Source of the DNA: Octopus vulgaris
Lineage: Eukaryota
Reading direction: 5' to 3'
NCBI GenBank assembly: GCA_951406725.2
Contig: OX597826.1
Location: 73,966,001-74,030,000, forward strand
Length of the DNA: 64,000 nt
Of the stretch, positions 23,901 to 35,539 are shown piece by piece; the first letter of the stretch is position 1, and each line of letters opens with the position of its first letter. A model generated the notes under the pieces. It was given only the letters and a program-made list of their open reading frames with translations. It made no database searches and was not told the DNA's origin. Both the position numbers and the translations under genes were made by a program.

Positions 23901-26900
23901 CAAAACACTATATTCTCTCTGTTTATGAACAACAGTCAAAAACTAACAAAGATTCTACAAATGCTAGGCTTTACAATCTCTGATGTGGCAAAACCAAAAT
24001 TGCATCCAAAAGGATGGGTTTCCTCAGTTTCAACAACTGCTGACCCCTAACAAAGCAGGGACAATGCAGTGGACGGGCAAGTGTTCGCTTGTACTGGGCC
24101 AATGTCCTATAACACTACAACAATCTTTGTTCCTCTAGATTAGCAAGTAATACCTTGCCCAACAATGTACTCAAGTTTTCTCTTTGTTTGCCAAACCAAA
24201 CCAAACCCAATACTAAATACTCTGCCCCAATCTTACCTTCAAAGATTTACCAGTTCCATTGCTACCTATAGTTTCTCTACAAACAACCACACTGAACTCA
24301 CTAGTAAGGAAAGGGCACCGCCTTTCTTTCTCGGTTTAAATAAAATGATAAGACATTTACTTGCCAAATGGTTAAAATATATTGACATTTATATATGAAG
24401 AGAAACATGTCCAGCAGCTGCTGCTTGTTAAGATAATCACTGCACATACAAATCAACAATAAAATAATTGATGATTATGAACATACACAATTTCATGCTT
24501 TCTAAGGAGAAACTCTTGAAACTACATGCAACATAACCAAGCTTTAGTAAATAAAAACTGATCAACGATAAGTTACACAAAAAATATATATATATATAGT
24601 TACCATCCATGCAAATATTAACTTAGAAAAAATTATACACTTTTAAGCAATATTTGACCGTTTCAAGATCAACTCTACAGAAAAAAACAAAACAAAAAAA
24701 ACCCAATTCAACAACAACTAACTACACTTCTTGAAATATTTTAAAATCTGTGAAGTTCAGCCATAATTTTTTTAAAAACTTAAATATTTGTGCATACATT
24801 CGACAGATCTGCACTTCTACAATGCCATATGTTAATTTGTTGCAGGCTTTCCAAAACTTACATAGCATTATACCTTTAAACTATTATCGCTATATCTCAC
24901 AGTTTCAATTAGAATGTATTGTAGTAGCAGTAGTAATAATAATAATAAGAAGAAGAGGAAGAGGAGGAGGAAGAGGCTTTGTCCTTTTGAATGCTTATTT
25001 CAGATGGCAACTGACTAACAATTTTCAATGACAACTTTAAAAAGTTTTGTTCCACAAAATGTTTAAACCTCTGGGTGAAATTATCTTTAACCCTTTCGAT
25101 ACCAATCTGACTTGAAACCACCTCTGGCTCTGTCATACAAATGTCTTGTTTTCATAAGTTTTGAATTAAAATCTTCCACCAGACCTTAGTCACAATTTAT
25201 GATCCTAACACTAGCTTAATGATAACCAAGTTATTTTACTAAACTCTTTGTTATATTTAAAATTAATTGAAAGAAACACAGAACATCTCAAAATAAATAC
25301 GGTAACGAAAGGGTTAATTCTGGTGTTAGAATCATACTGAAAGCCTGAATGTATTTCATTCGTGACATCAAGGTTCACACAAAATAATGTTAAATAAAAG
25401 TTCTAATCTATTAACACGATAGACGAAGATGAATATATTACTAAGGCATTGTTTTACAAGTGGCTGCTCTTCCTTTTCAGAGACCAAGCACACACTAAAG
25501 CTGCACATATACAGTATCAATTAACTATGTTGCCAATAAAATCACTATTATGCAAATGAAATTAACTTATTTAATGAAGTTGTAATATGACTATAAATTG
25601 TGTACTAACTCTTCTTTCCCTCTCAACGGCCAGTTGAACAGGGGTTTGGTTTTTCATGAAGTCTAGTCAGATCAACCCTTTAATTATAAAGATTTAAAAA
25701 AAAATACAACTTGTCTATGTGAATCACACATTATGGAAATAGCCAAAACTTGTTTTGCTTAATTATTCAATGTACGTTACTACACATCTCAGATATAAAG
25801 TCTTAACTGTTTAGGGCATGATACACACACACACAGATACATTTACATATATACAGACGCACACATACATATGTACATATACACCGAGATTCTATCTCAT
25901 AAACACTAATTCTGAAATAGCTTGTGTTATGAAGTTCAAAAGTTAACAAGGTGCAAACGAACAATTTCTGGATATAAAATAAGGAAACGGAATAACACAT
26001 TTAGAGAAGAAAAAAAAGGCATTTCATGACAAAAATAAACTTTCATTTATAGTAACTGAAAAGATATTCATTTATGGTCAGAATTATTACAATGACATGG
26101 AGTAGAAGAGAACTGTTGTTACAAGGAAAATACTGACTAAAACCAGTTCCAGATTATTTTAGTTTTGTAATAATGTGTTTCGCACATATATATAATTAAA
26201 AAAATACAAAGAAACATCCAAAAGGACAAAGCTGATGATAAATGTAAGCAAATAAAAATTCACAAACTTGATGTAGCTTTGACTATTTAAAAGCAAAGTT
26301 GAAAACAAAAAAAAAAAAACAAAAATGATGACGGTTAAGAGACGTAAAACAATCACTGGTTTGCTCTCTAACACTGGGCAAACTATTACACGCATGACAA
26401 TATGAAGAACTAGAGTTATTTTGATGAAGTTATTATCTGATACACACAATATGTCGAATTTAGATTGTTCTAAAATAGTTAAACGCCTTATATGTTTTAT
26501 GTGCATGTATGTATTTATATATATATTTATAAATCATATTGTGAGATCCTATGGCTGTGCGGGAGCTTTGCTTTTTATGAACAAACTACCAAAAATGAGG
26601 GATGGCATCTTTTTAAGTTATCATAATTAGACAGAAACAGGTGGAGGTATTTCGTATCAATATGGATGGTTTATCTGAGAAGATGTGTATATTATTTGGC
26701 TATAATGTTTGTGTTGATTGTTTAAAGCAGAATATGTAAGCAACATTTCTCATCAAATTAAATGACCACCATATCAAGAGTTTGTACAACAATGGACCAC
26801 GGACTTTCCACACAACTAGATTTCCTGATTTGTACAGTCTGGTTACTCGAGTTTGGTCATACAATGACAAATAAACTTTAAGTGAACGCGGATTTCTGTT

Positions 26901-29900
26901 TAGGAGTGGATGTGTGTGTAGTTGATTGGATTGTAGTAGCCTGGATATTACTGATATTTTATCAATCCTAGTGAAAGAAAAGTAAATCTGGTATTAGTAG
27001 ATTTAAACTGAATAGAGATGAAAGTAAATAGTAAGGTACCTCTACCGTTTCTTACAACTTTGTGACATTGAATTTAAATGGAATTTCAGTAAGAGCTAAA
27101 TTCTAAATAAATAATTTTAATAGATTTATATTTTAATTAAGGTTGCTCATTTCCACATGCTGACATAGTTTAGAAATTTTGCAAAGGTGGAGATATACTG
27201 ATGTGTTCTTGGAACACAATTTTATCATTGCATGCTATTTCCAACACCAATCACCCTCAAAGAACTGTTAATTTATCTGATGCTATACAGACTGAGTAAG
27301 CAAAGCATTTTGGCCAAATACAAAAATAGTGGAATGAGGTTAATTTACTAAATATTATGTGATAAATAAACTGCAGTTATTCGTTTTTTTTTAGTTTAGT
27401 TTTCATGTCTGTGGGTTAAATGAAGTAGATGTTTGTAGTGCGGCATATAAGGAACGCCAGGTGGGCTAAGGTATACCTGGCTTCCAGATGCACAATAATC
27501 AGCTTCTGAATCACCGTTTGGCTGCACAGAATGAAAGCACTTTCGAGGACAGTCTTGCTTATTCATGGCTATCACAGGCCTAAAACAACAGCAACATTAG
27601 TGGCCAAATGCATGTCCTTAACAAAGCAAAAACTGCCTCACAACTGACCTTCTCCCTCAGGACTAAAACAGGTTCGTCTGATGTCCATCATCACTGATAT
27701 ACAAGACTACAAGAAACTTAAGATGGAAGTATGGACTAGTAGTACAAATTAAGCATCCCACAAATCTAAGACTTTTTTTTTGGTGCTGTTGTTACGATGC
27801 TCCAGAATGATAACATCATGGTTCCAACTAATATATAACTAAATGCAGAATCTGCAATTCTTCGGGTTTCTTTGGCATATGTGAAGTTTGCATAAAAGCT
27901 AATGTGTTTGGCAGCAGTTTAAATGGTGTTGGGTCAATTTATATTAGAGTGAAGGATTGGTGAAATGTTATTTGATAAGTAGGAGTGGGGGGAGGGTTGG
28001 ATTAGTGGCTCTCAGTTGCACTTCCCCTTATTAATCAGAAAGAAGAATGTGTATTAATAAAGCCCTTTGCCAATGGAAGTTCAAGAAGGCCAAATTTGTG
28101 CAATGTATCCAACTGTTACAATGTCAACAAGGCACTGATGTAAATATGGGACGCAGTACAAGCAAGGAACAGGGAGTGCACTTTCCTCTACGAGAAAACA
28201 AAGAACACTGATTGAAGATAGAGAACAGAAAATAAAGGACATCGAGCTAGAGTCTAATTGAATTGAAAACAATTCAATGTTGAGTTAAAAGTTAATTTCT
28301 AATCATCCTTTCACAAACTTCAAAGAGCAATATAAACTACATAACAATTTAGTATGAATGAAAGAAGAAAAAAAAAAAGAAAGAGGAAATACAAAAGATT
28401 AAAGGTTAGTAAAGTGTCAATAATATAATTTAAGACTATAACCTTAAAAAAAAGTGGGGAGAAGAGAGAGCCAATATAGAAGTTCATAATTTGTTGGGAT
28501 GTTTTTGTTTTACAAATATACAAAACTTTTTTACAATAATAATTATAAGAGTATGCACTTTATTTTCTGTTCAACGTAAAATGGATATTTGCCATACAAA
28601 GTTTGCCAGCACATGCAGTAACCAAAGAGTGAAAAGGTCTATCATAGTAGTTTGTTTTCTTGTAGCTACATACAATAGAAAACCTTTTCTAGGCCAGCTT
28701 GCACAATTTAAAAGCTCACCCTAAAAATTTATAAGACAACACAAAAGTATTATACAAAGTATGGTCTTTACCAATCAGGATTCCCAAGGATTATCCATGA
28801 AAGAGAGTTTCAAAGCTCTCTAGGGCTAAAAGAAAGGATTTAAAATTCAGAACCACAGAGTAGATTACAATGCTTATTCATATGTATATATAAATATTTA
28901 TTTAAGAACAATATTCAGAACAGCTTTTAACACAAGCTATCTACTATATAATCATTCCCTTTTTTCCCCCCAACTCCAAAACTCTAAATCAATCTCGACA
29001 ATAGAAAAAAAGGTGAGCTTTAATGACTTTACATTATTTGCCTATCGAAGACAAGAAATTCTTTATCATGTAAATCAAGTTAAGAAAAAGAAAAAAAAGG
29101 TTCAATCTTCTGTGAAATATCAGAAGGAAAAATGTAGAAAAGGCAAAATTTAAAATATACAAGAATTTGGGGGAAACCACAAATGTTAAATTTAATTCAT
29201 CTACAACAATTAAATACACAAGTAATCACACGTAACAGACTTTAGTATGTATAGAAAACACAGGAGCTTTTAATGGTTGTTGTCATTATCATTTTCGAAT
29301 ACTAGATTATAAATCTTCATTGCAAACAATATATTAATTAAAGATGATTGTGTAACATAAAATATGAGAGTATTTGTATATTCTAGAAATGGAATATCTA
29401 GCTATAAGGAAAATTAACTGAACACAGATCTCAGCAAACTCAACATAAATAACAGTGAGAAACTGGAAATGGAAGCATCTGGAACCTCACTGCACTACTA
29501 ACATCAGGTTCGCTTATAATTTTTGCAATCAAGAATCAGATTTCTGTCTAATGTAACAAGTCTGTATTTTGAAAATCCAGATATTTATTAATATCTTGGG
29601 TGGCATCATTGGAAAGCTAAAAGAATGCAAAGTGCATTGTGACCAGCGATATATAACAACATCCGTTAGTCTGGTCGATACCATGATATCGTAGGAAATC
29701 ATTTCTTGTAGCTTGATACTTCTTAATGCAATCATAAAAAAGTTTTTGTTCTTCATAGCCGTAGATTGGAAGGAAATTTATGTACCTCAGGCACAATACA
29801 AATCTTTGTATCAAAAGTGTATCGCATAGGCTGACACCCAAATAAACACTGCTTGAGATAATACTCTGAACAACCATCACGCGGTTTCTCGATTTTTGTT

Positions 29901-32900
29901 TTTGTCTTAACATCTTTTCCATGCATTTGTTGCAGTGAAAATATTAATAAAATCTAATATTCCTTTCTACTCTGGACACAAGACCTGAAACTTTGGGGAA
30001 TGGGGACAGTTGATTACATCAACCTCAGTGCCCAACTGGTCCTTATTTTATCACTCCTAAAGGGATGAAAGGCAAAGGTGACCTCAGTGGAATTTGAACT
30101 CAGAACATAAAGACAGGCGAAATGCTGCTTAGCATTTTGCCCAGCGGGCTAATGATTCTGCCAGTTGGCCACCTTAATAAAGTCTAATGTTAAAAAATAT
30201 TTTTAATGACATTAGACATTATAAGCACATTCCAGAATATTTGCAGTTCCAGGCAATCTATATGTTATTGGTAAGAGTTGCTCAAGACACAATAAGATAT
30301 ATGGTTCAAGTCCTACCAAGGGGCCTGTTTCTCTCTCCTGTCTCAAAATCAAGCTTATAATGTGCAATAAGCGTTGAATGGAAATTTTATCAAGTAATTC
30401 ATCATTTTATTACCTCATCTGCATATAAATATCGAGTTAGTGGCTAGTCTGGAACATTTAGAGAAACGACAAATTGAAAAGAGCTCTTTAAAAATATAAA
30501 AGAACCAATATTGAAAAGAACAAATAATAACTAGTTATTGAAATGCTGTCAAAATCTGATAAATCCCACACAAAAAAAAAAAGCACAACAGAAATGTAGC
30601 TAAAAATAGTACCTTTTTGAACAGTTGTTCTATTCTGCCAAACTGATGTGAAAGCAACATTGCTAATTAATTAGTATCAAGACACAGAATTATATGGTGC
30701 CTTTTGAACACAAAAGCTTGAACAATCAATGAGCTTCATTTAAAATTAGGTGAAAAAATAATTATCACCAATACATAGATAATGTAAGCCAACATATCAT
30801 ACATAAGAACATAATTTCATAACAAGCCAATGAGAAAAGAAAAAAAATCTTTTAAGTTTCACAATAATAAATCAAACACCACTTACATTAATTTCAGCTT
30901 CTTCCACCTCCTTTTCCTTGCTTGCTGATTGGATGGATGAAGTTGATTCAGCAGAAGTTTCTTCCTTCTCACTACCATTACTCACACTACTACTTGGTTT
31001 TTTACTACACCGGTAAAACAAAAACAAAAGCATTTTGAAAATTCCATATAATTTACCATACTACTATTACTGTTATTACTATCACATTGTATCTTTCCAC
31101 TAATGACTGCAGTTCATTGAAGAACAAAGTGCATTTGTGGAATGACAATCTCCAGATGCTGCACATATTAGAAAACTCAACAGGCCCCCACTGTCAGCAT
31201 ATAATTGAGTACACCCATATTTTTGCACAAATACATTAAACAAAACACACTGAGTTTTCACCATTCCCATATAACTGAGCACTCGTTACACCAGTGTGTA
31301 TGACATGTAAACTATTTTAATTCTATTTTTCATGCTAACTTGAAAGAGGTGCTAACTGCATGGAGCTCAACCAATTATATGGCTTGAGAAAGAAGGACAC
31401 CCAAAACAGGGCGAGATGGTGTGAGGACGGTTGCTATGGCATTGAGGTAGATCCGGCCACCCCCGTTAATGGGAACAAAACCTGAATTTAAAATAAGTGA
31501 AATCGAAATCGAACCAATCCTATGACTGGCACCCGGCAGATGCCAGGACCCCTGGACTGGTGGTACGTAAAAAGCACTATCCGAATCGTGGCCCATGCCA
31601 GTGCCGCCTTGACTGTCTTCCATGCCGGTGGCACATAAAAAGCAACATCTGAATCGTGGCCAATGCCAGTGCCGCCTTGACTGGCTTCCGTGCTGGTGGC
31701 ACGTAAAATGCACCAATCTGACCATGGCCGTTGTCAGCCTCGCCTGGCACCTGTGCAGGTGGCATGTAAAAAGCACCCACTACACTCACGGAGTGGTTGG
31801 CGTTAGGAAGGGCATCCAGCTGTAGAAACATTGCCAGATAAGACCGGAGCCTGGTGCAGCCTCCTGGCTTCCCAGATCCCCGGTCGAACCGTCCAACCCA
31901 TGCTAGCATGGAGAACGGACGTTAAATGATGATGATGGATAGATGATACACACACACAACAAGCTTCTTTAACTTTTCTGCCTGCCAAATTCACTGACAA
32001 GATATTGGTCAGCCCAGGGTGACCAATGTCTTGCAAGACACTTGGCCAAGGTGCTGTGTAATGGGACTGAACCCCAAACCCCTATGGCTACAAAATAAGC
32101 TTCTTAACAACCACACAGCCCTGCCTGTGCACGTAATTGCCTAATTCTTAATGTAACGACACAGATGATGATGATGATGATGATGACAAAGTGTCCTACC
32201 GAGATTCTTTTTCGTTTGCTGCTCGCTTCTTTGCTGGGATATTTTCATCAGGAGATCCTGCTGTTCTTTTTCTTGTACTACTTTCAGCTTTGTTATTTGT
32301 TGGTGCACTGGACGATCGGTTTTGTGCAGCTCGGCGTGTTGTGCCTTTTGTAGAGCCATTCAAAATCTGTTTTGTAGGTGATAAAACTTTTAAAGGAGAA
32401 TTTTTAGAAGTTTGTCGCTTGGGCGAACGAAAGTCTGTTATTTTTGCCTGCATACCTGTCGCCTTTTTAGATTTGGCCACAGCTTTTGTTAATTTTATGG
32501 GGGTTTTGTTTTTCTTTCCAGCTTGAAGTGTAGCCTTTTTCACTAAAGCACCCTTTTTTTTGACAGCAGCAGATGTCTGTCTCACAGCTCGGCTAGTTCG
32601 AGCCTTCTGTTCACTAGTTGATTCCTCACTCTTCATTTTCTTGTCACTTTGTGAAGACGTACTGAATGGTAGAGGAAGAAAAGCACATTATTGTAATTAA
32701 AAGAAATAAAACTCTTCAACAACCCACCAAAATCAACAGAGTAAGAACAATAAGATAATGAACAATAGCTTACAAAACATGATGTGACATTATGCATATA
32801 TACTCAACATGTTAACCACCACAGCCTGTTATTAGAGCTGACTGGTGGTGCCACATATTTCTAGTCACATTGCATACGGTTTAATTACAAGGAAACGTAA

Positions 32901-35506
32901 TTATTTTTTGCAGTTTTACAATATTTCATAATTAAATTTTAATATTAAGCATCCATGTTATCTAAATATTCCCAAAACATTGTCAAAGATACAGAATTAA
33001 ATATGTTCTCAAATCATGAAAATGTACCACCAGTGGTACTTGGTGGCAGTTATGACGTGCTTAAATTATTCATTTTTATATATTCATATGAAGTTTCCAC
33101 CAATCCTTTTTTTTTTTTTAAATTGCATCACTATGACAGAAAAACATACTAAAAACACAAAAAAGTTTGAACTTTTCCAACTGTACAAAAGATTTTATGA
33201 ATTAATGCTGCTTGGAAGTAATTAATTGCATTTTTATGAATTAAAGATTGACGAGATAATGTGTTAGCAGTTGAAATACTGTTGCACTTTAATAAGGTAA
33301 CTTGTGCAAGCAAGAAAAACATATCTCTGACAACCAAGTCTAAGATGTGTTATCCTCTTATAAAATTTTATTTTATTAGTCTGGTTGCCATGGGAATTTC
33401 TGATACTAACTAATCAAGAATCATTATTACTAACTTTTGGGATGCAATTTCAGTGTATATAATTTAATTTTCCCCTTGCTCATTGAGAAAAATCACCCAC
33501 ATGCTTACACCATTTAGAAATTTGCAGGTTTTCTAAGGACATTAAAAATACTATGAAAATGTTTTAATTTTCCTACAGATGATATACAATAACAATAATG
33601 AAATGAAGGAAGGAAATTTATGTCAACAAAATGGGACAATCAATACCATGCAGTAAATATCCACCATGTTTTTAGAAATCATTCAGAAATTAAAGGGAAG
33701 ACGGAAATTGATTTTTTTAATTAAAAATATACTTTTCCCTGCTACTTTTCCCATGGTGAAACACACCACTGGCTAGGGAAGTATGCTAAAGAAGATCTGT
33801 AAAAAATTCTTTAAAATCAAACAAGCAATTTATGTCACTGAAAGTAGCACATGCCAAGTTTATGATAAGTTTTTTTACTATTAAAAGTTTAATTTGTCTG
33901 AAATAATTATCATTCAGTAATTGAGGTCAGGACTTAGAGAGTTTTAAGTACTGATAATAAAGAAAATAAGGTGTTTTTTTAATAAAGAATATCTACCTTT
34001 CTTTTGCTTCATTTTCTTTTTCCTTCTTTTTCTTTGATTCTCGGGGGCATGTAGGGTTAGGATTTACAACAGGTTTAGGGGAGGTCACAATAATTTCTGT
34101 TGTGGTGAACGGCACAGATGGTTTAGCAGTTACAGCTTTCTCAGATGTATTCATTAGAGTTGTCGGGGCAACTTTTTTCTAAGAAAGACAGGGGGAAAAA
34201 AATATTTTAAAACACCATGTCAGAGAAAACTGAAAAGCATATTTCCACATTGCAATAATATTTGGAAACTGAATAACTACCAGCAAAAGTAATTTATGGA
34301 TCTTTCACCTTACCTTTCCTGTATCAAAGATGAAGTCCTTTGGGAGGTATAACTTGGTATTGCTATAACTCTGTAGGAAAGATATAAAAGATGACCTTAG
34401 AATCAAATAGATTAAACACAAAACAAAATAAAAAGGAATCATAATTCTACTGGTGTTATTTTGGTTTATAATATACTGCTTATACCGCAGTGTAAATAAC
34501 GGACAGAGTCAAGACTATTGAACAGGTTGCAAGACGCAACGAAAATTTTAGGAAAATAAAAATAAGAAATAAGTGGAAATTTTACCAGTGAGTGTGTTAC
34601 ATTATAAGGCACAAAAAGAAAATGACTCTATCTAGACACAACAGAATATGCTTATACATCATTCTAGGAAAAGTGACCGAGTTCCTTTCACACACTGGAC
34701 CTCACGGAGGCAAAGTGGTTGAGTTCCTTTTGAGTGTTGGGCCTCACAGAGGCGAGGTGGCTGAGTTCCTTTTGAGTGTTGGGCCTCACAGAGGCGAGGT
34801 GGCTGAGTTCCTTTTGAGTGTTGGGCCTCACAGAGGCAATGACCAAGACCTTTGGCATTATGTTGTGCTTGAGAAGAAGGCCCATTAAGCCAACCAAAAT
34901 CAGTCGTGGCAGATACTGGTGTCGTGCCGGTGGCACATGAAAGCACTCATTACACTCTCAGAGTGGTTGGCATTAGGAAGGGCATCCAGCCATAAAAAAA
35001 CCATGCCAAATCAGACTGGTCTGGCGCAGCCTTCCAGCTTGCCAACCCTAGTCAAACCGTCCAACCCATGCCAGCATGGACAATGGACATTAGACAGAAA
35101 CTGCATGGAAGCCCATAATGTGTATGTGTGTGTTTGGCCCCATCACCACTTGATATCCAGTGTTGGTTTATTTATGGCCCCAGGAAAGAAACTCGTAGAA
35201 TAAGCACCAGGCTTAAAAATAAGTATTGAGGTCGATCTATCCGACTAAAACCCTTCATGGCGGTGCCCAAGCATGGCCACAGTCTAATAAGTGAAACAAG
35301 TAAAAGATTAAATATAAAATGAGTGCTTGCACACCATGAAGCTGTATTCAGCCTCCATCTTTTCCACAAGTCACTGCTTGACTATACTTTTAAGATCCCA
35401 TCACTTCTGCCAATGTGTGTGTGTGTGTGTGTGAGAGGGGGGGTGGCGAAACAAGTATTTAGTGCCATAAAAATAAGGCAGTAAGACAAACTGTGAAGTT
35501 GTCTAA

Positions 35507-35539
<33 letters not shown>

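Noticed and set aside
27420-27560. H/ACA snoRNA or pre-miRNA at the gccaggt/acctggc hairpin
   Set aside because: An H-box-like ACAATA exists only antisense to the host gene, there is no convincing H box in PDS5 sense, and the stem is short for a pre-miRNA. It is better explained as a branch of the large fold-back.
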